The notes under the pieces: model-generated
The model's input: only the letters and a program-made list of their open reading frames with translations
Databases searched by the model: none
Told to the model about the DNA's origin: nothing
Translations under genes and position numbers: made by a program
Shown here: one piece after another, positions 55,201 to 62,716 of the stretch
Layout: each line of letters starts with the position of its first letter
How positions within the stretch are numbered: the first letter of the stretch is position 1
Assembly (NCBI RefSeq): GCF_910578895.1
Contig: NZ_CAJTSC010000010.1
Location: 9,818-73,817, forward strand
Source of the DNA: an uncultured Bacteroides sp.
GTDB taxonomy: Bacteria > Bacteroidota > Bacteroidia > Bacteroidales > Bacteroidaceae
Length of the DNA stretch: 64,000 bases
Direction: 5' to 3'

Positions 55201-57937
55201 TGCTGCCCGACACCTTTGTGTTGCCGTCTTCCGTCACGCGTTCGGTCTCCACCTGTATCGGCACTCCTACCATGTGCCGTTTTTCCATGGCATCCACGAA
55301 GTCGCCGGAGCATTGGGCGGCATAGTGGGTCACGGTCTTTTCCGTCTCTCCTTCGGGATAGGTCACCGTGACTGTGGTGGGCTGCAATAGCGCGTCGTAT
55401 TCGTATCCGGTCACTGTAACCAGCTTTTTCCCGCCGGCATACACGGTGTCGGTTACCTCCACGGGCAGCACGTCGCCGGTGGCGGCTCCCTGGTCGTAGG
55501 TCGCCACCAACTGGGGTATGTCCATGTTGCGCAGGGTGTACGGGTCGCTTATCTCGCTGTAGGTATAGCGGTCGTACTCGTCGCCACTGTCATAAACACC
55601 CATGATGATCCCTTTCTTATAACAGAGAAACGTGTTTATCACGTGCTCGTTCTTGCGGAATGTCTGATACCGGTATCTTTTGGCGCTTACAGGCACGAAA
55701 TTCCCGTTTTCGTATCTGTACACGTTCTCCTGTTCCATTTGTCCGTTCCGCCACTCTTCGGTAAACTCCAACAGGTTGGTATCCTCTATTTTGCGGCGCA
55801 TGGAGAAACCAAAGGCGTTGGGGTCGGTATAAATGAACTCCTTTTTCCCGTTCAGCCCGTCCGTGTCGTAGTCATATTCCGTCACTTTGGTGTAATAGAC
55901 GGGAGAGCCGTTGCCGTAGAACAGGCTTTCAAGCGGGTAGGCAAGATAGGTGGTACGCGTTTCGGAACTGCGTGCCTCGGCACTGTCGTCCGACAACGAG
56001 TCGTCGTCTCCGAAAAAGGGGTTGACAAGATAGTTCACCGTCTGCTTGTAGCAGAAAACCTCGTCGATGTCCGGAGTGTTATAGTAGTACAGCCCGTTGG
56101 GGATGCCGCCGACCCAGCGGGTGTCGCCGTAGACGAACTTCTTGCGCGTCAGCAGGGTGCCGTCGCTGTCGTGGTTGCTGATGTCCGTTACGCGCAGCCC
56201 GCCGCACAGGAAGGGGGCGTAGTTCATTCCCCGCTGCTCGCCGACATTGTTCTCGAAGCTGAACCGGGTATATCCGCCCGTGGGGTAGGTTATCTTCTCG
56301 AGCTGTCCCATAAGGGCGTATTCGGGGTCTATCCAGTCGTTCATTTCGTTCAGGTACTCGTGCGTGCCTCCTATCCAGGTCCAGAAATCCTCCGTGTAAG
56401 CGGAAGGGGCATCTGCATAATAGTGTTTTGCCTGTACCATCATGGCAGGAACCGTTATTCCGCAGGATAGGTCCATGCGGCAGGTTTGCCTGTTTACCCC
56501 GCCCCATGCGTCAAATCCTTTCAGGAAGTTTGAGAAGGCATATTTTGCCGTGTAGGCAAAGTGGTAAGTTTCCGCTGTGTGGTCGCTGCCGTCTTCTATC
56601 GTGATGGCATCCAGGTAGTTGGTGCGGCTCGTGTTCGCCACCGAGGTCCGTTTGCCGGTTTTCGACTGGTCCAGTCGTATACGGCGGACGATTGTCCCGT
56701 CCTGTCGTTTTACGCGGATTTCCGTCATGCAGCTTTCATTGTCATACAAGAAATCAATCCGATTGCCGTTTAGTGTTATCCCCGAAATGCCCATCCGGGT
56801 TTGTACCAACAGTTTTGCCTGTTCGCGTGAAGTCTCGTAGAAGTCAAAACGTATGCCATCCTCCGCTTCGGGGTCCTCGGTGTAGAGTTCCAATCCGGAG
56901 CCTTGCCCGAAAGAGTGGTACACCGTGCGGGGCACGTTCAGTTTGTCGAAACGGAAGAGGTTACGTACCCGTTCAAGGGTCTGCTGCGATTTCGGGATAG
57001 CTTCGTCGATGTCTTCCGGAAAATAAGTGCTACGTCCGGAGATACCCCCGTGGGCGCCTGCAAGGTCTTCATAGAACTCCATATATTCCCCCGACAGATA
57101 CGTCCCCCGCTCCTCCAGGCTTTGGTAGTCGATATGCAGGGTCTCGCCGCCCGAGGGGGAGACAATGCGGCTGCACTTCCAGGCGGATTGTGTTTCTGCG
57201 CCGCTGGACAGGTAGGGATACAGGCGTTGCCGTTCGGAGAAGGTGTACTCATACCGTGTCCCGTCCGTATCGGTGATGCGGAAATTCACATCGTTCCGGT
57301 TGCCGGTAGGGAAGCACTCTATCTTTATGCCGTTGTAGGGCACCGGGACGAAGTACTTGCCCTTGTCGTTCTTCACCAGGTAGAAGCAGCCCGATTTCTC
57401 CGGAAGCCTGTAATAGAATTTGTCGGGCTGCGTGTCCATCGTCCCGTTGGCTATGGAGAGCAGGTTGATGGGGTCGTCCAGCAGGCTGCCGTCGTAGGCG
57501 TGGCTGTTATAGTGATAACAGAACGGGTTGTAATACAAACCTTTGTACAGTCTGTAGCCTTCTGCGTTCAGGAAGTCGTCCCCGCCTTTGATTTCGCGTG
57601 TAATCTGCAGGTCGCACCCCAGCGTCCATCCCATGCCCGTGCAGGGAGCCTGCTCGCGTGCCTTGAAGCCGCCGGCATGGTAGTTCAGCACAATGGGTAC
57701 GGACAGTTCGCGCCCCTTGAACTCGTAGAGGGGGATGCTGATGGACGGCACGCCGCTGTTGTATCCCACGGGATAGTTGATTGCCTTTACCAGCGTCGCC
57801 GCTTCGGGCGAGACCGTGTTTGCCACCGGAAAACCCGGCTGTTCCTGTTGCGCGTATGCCGTTCCCGCGCAAAGAAGCGGCAGGAGCAGTATGCATCTTA
57901 TTCTTTTTATGGTTTGTGATAGGTTTCTTGTCTTCAT
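52241..57937 (-). pseudogene. Rhs/YD-repeat polymorphic toxin disrupted by three frameshifts
   Basis: The gene starts at MKTRNLSQTIKRIRCILLLPLLCAGTAYAQ (57937). Its reading frame continues through ORFs 54632..58060, 54540..55004, 53740..54615 and 52241..53860. YD repeats include YVYDARGNL, YTYNGRNL, FTFYDAQGR and YAYDANGNL. The Rhs core ends at YDYGARHYDAALGRFTTVDP...PYTYCGNNPILFIDKSGM. Frame switches fall near 54885, 54635 and 53750. Confidence 0.65.
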
Positions 57938-58040
57938 CGTGTTTCTTGTTTTTGTTTCGGTTCGGATAAAAAAAGACCTTCCGGCAGGAAGGGGCGGCAG
58001 AGCCCGTTGTGTCCTGCCGGAAGGTGGTTGCGCTCTTCTG

Positions 58041-58145
58041 CTACAATACGCTTGTGCCATGTGTTCCCAGCGCCCCGGCCAAAGCCGACACCGCCGCGAT
58101 GATCACTTTCAGGATGATATCCCAAACGGATTTCTTGATTGCCAT
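58041..58145 (-). CDS. 34-aa small hydrophobic protein (smalltalk-like) MAIKKSVWDIILKVIIAAVSALAGALGTHGTSVL
   Basis: ATG at 58143-58145 lies 10 nt downstream of a perfect AGGAGG (58156-58161). One predicted TM helix. It resembles my memory of the Bacteroides smalltalk small-protein family. Below the ORF-track cutoff. Confidence 0.5.
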   Translation of the reverse strand: MAIKKSVWDIILKVIIAAVSALAGALGTHGTSVL

Positions 58146-58250
58146 AGTTCTTACACCTCCTTTCGAATAGTTTAGTGCCTGCCCGGAATTCCCTTCCTGG
58201 AGCAATGCCGTGCGAAACGCCGGGACAGGCTGTCAGTCAGTTGTTTTTGT

Positions 58251-58350
58251 CTTGTGCCCGGTTCACTCCTTGTGTCCGGTCCGCTTCTTGTGTTTGTGCG
58301 TGCTTTATGTCTGCACGTGTCTTGTGTCTGTTTCAGTCTTTGTGTCTGTG
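58251..58350. repeat. Periodic CTTGTGT motif (ACACAAG on the coding strand), 5 copies
   Basis: cttgtg(t/c) or ctttgtgt begins near 58251, 58269, 58287, 58321 and 58338, with spacings of about 17-18 or 34 nt. The tract lies in the HU-to-small-ORF spacer. Confidence 0.6.
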
Positions 58351-58401
58351 TGTGCTTTGCCGTGTCCTGTGCGTGGTGCTGCGGTCATCCCGCGCCAATC
58401 A

Positions 58402-58887
58402 TCAGCCCAGCGGATCCGTCTCCTCCTCGCCGCCGTTTCCGCCCGGTCCGTTTCCGCCCTCTCCGGGCGCATTCTCCTCTTTCTGGTAAGGCACGCATTT
58501 CACCCCGGTAATCAGCGCGCGGGTAGCCACCGTGCGGTCCTGGTTGCGGGTGGATGCGGGCGTGAAGCGCACCAGCAATGTGGATTGCGCGGCGCTCACT
58601 TCCTTGGCTGTGGCGGCGCCTTTGCCGCGCGAGCGCATGATGAGGCTGAAAGTGCCCAAGCCGTCCACTGTCACCGACTCCGAGGCTTGCAGGTGCTTGG
58701 TCATTACGGTGACCATGTTGTCTATCGTGTTCTTCACGTCGCCGGTGGAGAGGGAAGAGTATTCGGCGATTTCTTTCGCCATCTGTGCGCTGTCTATCGT
58801 GGCGATGTGTACGGCACGGGGATGAAAAAGCTTCATTCCGTCCTTGTTCTCTTTGGTAGATTGAATAGTTTTGTAAAGTACTGCCAT
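58402..58887 (-). CDS. HU-family DNA-binding protein (Bacteroides long type)
   Basis: Trimmed to MAVLYKTIQSTKENKDG. The HU-like core reads IAEYSSLSTGDVKNTIDNMVTVMTKHLQASESVTVDGLGTFSL. The tail is Gly/Glu-rich. Confidence 0.75.
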   Translation of the reverse strand: MAVLYKTIQSTKENKDGMKLFHPRAVHIATIDSAQMAKEIAEYSSLSTGDVKNTIDNMVTVMTKHLQASESVTVDGLGTFSLIMRSRGKGAATAKEVSAAQSTLLVRFTPASTRNQDRTVATRALITGVKCVPYQKEENAPGEGGNGPGGNGGEEETDPLG

Positions 58888-58949
58888 AATTGTAAGTTTT
58901 TTTAGATGTTGATAATTCTGTGTTCTGTGTCTTAAGCTTAACCACATTG

Positions 58950-58977
58950 CAAAGATAATACTCATTTTGAAAACAAA
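58950..58977 (-). promoter_or_regulatory. Bacteroides-type promoter for the HU gene (TTTG-N16-TATCTTTG on the minus strand)
   Basis: Plus-strand caaagata at 58950-58957 and caaa at 58974-58977. The -7 box lies about 60 nt upstream of the HU ATG. Confidence 0.55.
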
Positions 58978-59066
58978 CGGATTCTTTTCGCGAAACCGTT
59001 CCACGAAATGAAAATCTTTTGCGGGCTTCCTCTCGCGGATTGCCTGTCACAGGTCCGGGTTGCCTG

Positions 59067-60089
59067 TCAGATGCCCGGTTTGCACAGGCTCAGCAGGTAG
59101 CGTCCCGGCTGGCGTATCTTGCCGCGGCTTTCGCGCAAGGCGTAGAAACCCTTCCAGAGCGGATGGCCGATGACCCCGAAATTGCTCTTGACGATAATGG
59201 CATACTGCTCCTGAGGGGTGATGCGCAGCTGTCGCAGGTTGAATATCAGCCCGTCCAGGTTGCGCTTCATGCCGTCCTGAGGGGGAACCAGCGACTCTAT
59301 CTTTCGAAGATAAATCTCCTCTGCGGACATTTTGTCCGCATCTTCAGTTCCCACGTTTCCGGGGGAACTATGGAGGAGGGGATTTTCTTTTCTCTGCTTT
59401 GCTATGCTTTCCTTTGCTATGCTTTGTGTACCCGGCGGCTCTTTTTGGCTGTTTTCATATTGAAATGTATCCGCTATGCCGTTTTCCGTTGCATCTTGAT
59501 GCCGGGCAGCGGGCTCGTGTCGGTGGTCGGCGGGTTCGTGCAGGCAGGCGGCAGGCTCGTGTCGGTGGTCGGCAAGTTCGTGCAGATTGTCGGCAGGCTC
59601 GTGACGGCAGGCGGCGGACTCGCGGGGATGTGCGGCACCGTCGGCGGGTGCGTGCGTTTCGGTTGCCGGGGTGGTCTCGGCGGCGGTGGCAGCCGCTTCC
59701 GCGGGCAGCAGGGCGTAGCGCGGGTCTATCGTGCTGGAGTTGCGGCGTTTGGTGATGAAGAGAAACTGGCGCTGGATGTCCGCCGAGGTCAGCACCTGGC
59801 ATTCGCTGAAGAGGCGGGCATCGAAAAGCCCGTACTCCACGGCAAGGCGGACGATACGCTCCACGTCTGCGGGTTCCTGCTGGTAGAGGGTGTCGGCAAG
59901 GTCGTCATAGAACAGCGCGTCCGCCGTCACATAATATCCCTCGCCGGAATAGATGCTGCAAAGCGTCTGGAGCAATACGGCGAGCGAGGCGTCTCCCTCG
60001 CGTTTCAGGATGCGGCGCACCAGGCGGTTGTGCATGAAGTCGGTGTTGATGGGGAAATAGTCGAGTCCCCGTTTTTTGATTCTGGACAT
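59067..60089 (-). CDS. DUF4373 (Lin1244/DnaD-like, phage-type) domain protein
   Basis: The N-terminus MSRIKKRGLDYFPINTDFMHNRLVRRILKREGDASLAVLLQTLCSIYSGEGYY is the DUF4373 hallmark. A low-complexity repeat region sits in the middle. Confidence 0.7.
   Translation of the reverse strand: MSRIKKRGLDYFPINTDFMHNRLVRRILKREGDASLAVLLQTLCSIYSGEGYYVTADALFYDDLADTLYQQEPADVERIVRLAVEYGLFDARLFSECQVLTSADIQRQFLFITKRRNSSTIDPRYALLPAEAAATAAETTPATETHAPADGAAHPRESAACRHEPADNLHELADHRHEPAACLHEPADHRHEPAARHQDATENGIADTFQYENSQKEPPGTQSIAKESIAKQRKENPLLHSSPGNVGTEDADKMSAEEIYLRKIESLVPPQDGMKRNLDGLIFNLRQLRITPQEQYAIIVKSNFGVIGHPLWKGFYALRESRGKIRQPGRYLLSLCKPGI
59512..59617. repeat. In-frame 42-bp tandem repeat x2.5 inside the DUF4373 gene
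   Basis: Units read ggctcgtgtcggtggtcggcgggttcgtgcaggcaggcggca / ggctcgtgtcggtggtcggcaagttcgtgcagattgtcggca / ggctcgtgacggcaggcggcgg. They encode HEPA-rich 14-aa repeats. Confidence 0.8.
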
Positions 60090-60107
60090 GTCGTTGATGT
60101 GTTTAAG

Positions 60108-60324
60108 GGCCTGTTTGAATTTTCTTCAAAAAGTTTTTTCTTCAGCTTCTTCCCAAGTTTCTTCCCGGTCTGTTTTCCTCTTTTTATCCGTCACATAGCC
60201 CGCTATGCTCCTCGTAAAAACAGAATGACATCCTCGAAAAGAACGCTCAAAAAACTATACCTATATCAAATAGGTAAAAAATGTTTTGAGCGAAGCTAAT
60301 GCCGGACAAAATTTAAACAGGTTC
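60108..60324. repeat. Family-2 MITE-like element, full copy (217 bp)
   Basis: Termini ggcctgtttgaattttcttc and aaaatttaaacaggttc are inverted copies. The core cggtctgttttcctctttttatccgtcacatagcccgctatgctcctcgtaaaaacag is shared with 19503-19673. Confidence 0.8.
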
Positions 60325-60351
60325 TGAAAGGGTTGGATGAAAAAAAAGAAG

Positions 60352-60795
60352 TCACTCCAAGCAGTCGCTTTCGCGCTGTTTGCGCCGTTTGCGTTCCACG
60401 CTTTCGCGTACCGTCTGCAAGGCTTTGAGGATGAGGTGCAGGCGCACGTCCCGTTGCCGGATGTCGGTTATCACCGGATACCGGCGCGGGCAGGCTTCCC
60501 GTTCCTCACGGCCGTTTCCGGCTTTGCGCCTGATGCGGTTGGCGGCTTTGCGGCACTCCTTGCAGTAGCTGTCGGGGCGCTGCTGCCTGTCTCTTGTGTA
60601 GAAGGCGTCGGCAGGCAGCTCTTTGCGGCAGCGCAGGCATTTTCTGACAGGTTGCAGCGGGGGATGACAGACACCGGAGTCTGTCCTGCCGGACACTGGT
60701 GTCTGTCGCGTCGGGCACTGGTGTCTGTCGGGTTGGATACTGGTGTTGATGGCGACAGACGCCAGTGTTGAATTTTGTCTTTGCATGTTTTTCAT
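60352..60795 (-). CDS. Small Zn-ribbon protein (CxxC...CxxC), function unknown
   Basis: CLRCRKELPADAFYTRDRQQRPDSYCKECRK forms a four-Cys ribbon. It has a promoter-like box upstream. The opposite-strand ORF 60337..60771 has no features of its own. Confidence 0.55.
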   Translation of the reverse strand: MKNMQRQNSTLASVAINTSIQPDRHQCPTRQTPVSGRTDSGVCHPPLQPVRKCLRCRKELPADAFYTRDRQQRPDSYCKECRKAANRIRRKAGNGREEREACPRRYPVITDIRQRDVRLHLILKALQTVRESVERKRRKQRESDCLE

Positions 60796-60820
60796 AATTC
60801 CGTTCTCTTTAATTTGCGTT

Positions 60821-60885
60821 TATAAAACAAATGATTATTTTTGTCCCGGCAAAGATAGATTTGTTTTCATAAATAAAACAAACGG
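60821..60885. promoter_or_regulatory. Three AAAACAAA(T) motifs (one inverted), candidate operators in the divergent region
   Basis: The motifs are tataaaacaaatg (60821-60833), the inverted atttgttttcat (60859-60870) and aaataaaacaaacgg (60871-60885). They overlap the promoter boxes. Confidence 0.4.
60850..60882 (-). promoter_or_regulatory. Bacteroides-type promoter for the Zn-ribbon gene (TTTG-N21-TATCTTTG on the minus strand)
   Basis: Plus-strand caaagata at 60850-60857 and caaa at 60879-60882. The -7 box lies about 55 nt upstream of the ATG at 60795. Confidence 0.5.
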
Positions 60886-60982
60886 TTCGGGAAATAAATT
60901 TTCTTATTCCTTTTAATCGTTTGTAAATGAAAGATTGACGTGTTTTGAAAACTTTACATGTAAAACATAAAGACTGTTGATT

Positions 60983-61705
60983 ATGGAAAATGACAAGGAT
61001 AGGCTGTTCTGCGTGGCGGATATCGTGAAACGCGCCAAGCGGGTGCTGAACTTCAAGACCGATTCGGATCTGGCGGGCTACCTGGGCGTATCCCGCTCCA
61101 CGCTGAGCAACTGGATTGTGCGCAACAGCATCGACTTCCCGTTGTTGCTGGGCAAGCTGAGCGAGGTGGACTACAACTGGCTGCTCACCGGCAAGGGAAG
61201 CCCCAAGCCGCAGCAGAAGCGGTGCGACAGCGAGTGGGTGAGGGGAGAGGTAGAGATACTTCACAATCCTAAAACACCCGACGCGGTGGACGACCGCAGC
61301 GTGGCGCTCTACGACATTGCCGCCGCCGCCAACCTGAAGACGCTGCTGGCGGACAAGCGGCAGTATGTGGTGGGGCGGATACAGATACCGAGCATACCCG
61401 TGTGCGACGGCGCGCTCTACATCAGCGGCGACTCGATGTATCCCATCCTGAAATCGGGCGACATCGTGGGCTTCAAGGAGATAAACAGCTTCAGCAACGT
61501 CATCTACGGCGAAATGTACCTGGTGTCGTTCGTCATCGACGGCGACGAGTATCTGTCGGTGAAGTACGTCAACCGCTCCGACAGGGAAGGGTGTCTGAAG
61601 TTGGTGAGCTACAACCCGCACCACGAGCCGATGGACGTGCCGCTGGAGGCCATCAACGCCATGGCAATCGTGAAGTTCTCCATCCGCAAGAACATGATGA
61701 TGTAA
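60983..61705 (+). CDS. CI/LexA-like repressor (N-terminal HTH + S24 peptidase domain)
   Basis: The first ATG gives MENDKDRL. The HTH reads DSDLAGYLGVSRSTLSNWIVRN. The S24 domain has GDSMYP (Ser nucleophile) and a downstream Lys (LSVKYVN). Confidence 0.75.
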   Translation: MENDKDRLFCVADIVKRAKRVLNFKTDSDLAGYLGVSRSTLSNWIVRNSIDFPLLLGKLSEVDYNWLLTGKGSPKPQQKRCDSEWVRGEVEILHNPKTPDAVDDRSVALYDIAAAANLKTLLADKRQYVVGRIQIPSIPVCDGALYISGDSMYPILKSGDIVGFKEINSFSNVIYGEMYLVSFVIDGDEYLSVKYVNRSDREGCLKLVSYNPHHEPMDVPLEAINAMAIVKFSIRKNMMM

Positions 61706-61720
61706 GCAAGGGGGGGAGCG

Positions 61721-62716
61721 ATGATGATGGATTTGTATACTTCCGTCGAGCTGCCCGGCGGCCTGCCCCGCCTGCGGCACGACCACCGCCTGCTGCTGCT
61801 CGGCTCGTGCTTTGCCGCCCATATCGGCGCCAGGCTGGCGGACGCCAAGTTCCGCTGCGACGTCAACCCCTACGGGGCGCTCTACAACCCGCTGTCCGTC
61901 TCCGCCGCCCTGCGCGAAATCGTACTCGGCAAGGTGTATGGCGGGGAAGACCTCTTCCGTCACGGCGGCTGCTGGCACAGCCCCATGCACCACGGCGACT
62001 TCTCGGCGCCGTCGGCGGAGGAGGCGCTGGAGAAGATAAACGGACGCATCGCCCGCGCGCACGAGGGGATTTTCCGTGCGGACCGCCTGCTGCTGACCTT
62101 CGGCACCGCGTGGGTGTACGAGCAGCGGCAGACGGGGCGCATCGTGGGCAATTGCCACAAGCTGCCCGACGGGGAGTTCGTGCGCCGCCGGCTGACGGTG
62201 GACGAGATTGTGGCGGACTACACCTCGCTGCTGTCCGGGCTGCTGGCGCGCAACGGGGGGCTGCAGGTGGTGTTCACCGTCAGCCCCATCCGCCACGTGC
62301 GGGACGGGCTGCACGCCAACCAGCTCAGCAAGGCGGTGCTGCTGCTTGCCGTGGACCGCCTGTGCCAGGCTTTCCCCCGCCATGTGTCCTACTTCCCCGC
62401 CTACGAACTGCTGCTGGACGAGCTGCGCGACTACCGTTTCTATGCCGAAGACATGGTGCACCCCTCCGGCGTGGCGGTGCGCTACGTGTGGGAGCGTTTC
62501 GCCGCCGCCTGCTTCGAGGAGGAGACGATGCGGATTGTAGAGCAGTGCGAGGACATCCGCAAGGCTTTGGCTCATAAGCCCTTCCGTCCGGAGTCGGAAG
62601 AGTATAAGCGTTTTTTAGGACAAATTGTGTTAAAAATAGACCGACTTAACGGAAAATACCCGTACTTAGATTTCGAAAAGGAGAAAGAATTATGTCATAT
62701 ACGATTGAAGAGATAG
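61721..62716 (+). CDS. GSCFA family protein
   Basis: Contains the LLLLGSCFAAHIG motif that names the family. 331 aa. Confidence 0.8.
   Translation: MMMDLYTSVELPGGLPRLRHDHRLLLLGSCFAAHIGARLADAKFRCDVNPYGALYNPLSVSAALREIVLGKVYGGEDLFRHGGCWHSPMHHGDFSAPSAEEALEKINGRIARAHEGIFRADRLLLTFGTAWVYEQRQTGRIVGNCHKLPDGEFVRRRLTVDEIVADYTSLLSGLLARNGGLQVVFTVSPIRHVRDGLHANQLSKAVLLLAVDRLCQAFPRHVSYFPAYELLLDELRDYRFYAEDMVHPSGVAVRYVWERFAAACFEEETMRIVEQCEDIRKALAHKPFRPESEEYKRFLGQIVLKIDRLNGKYPYLDFEKEKELCHIRLKR

Noticed and set aside
60337-60771. 144-aa plus-strand ORF as an alternative to the minus-strand Zn-ribbon gene.
   Set aside because: The minus-strand frame has a CxxC...CxxC ribbon and a well-placed TTTG/TATCTTTG promoter. 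The plus-strand translation is Ala/Gly-rich with no motifs.
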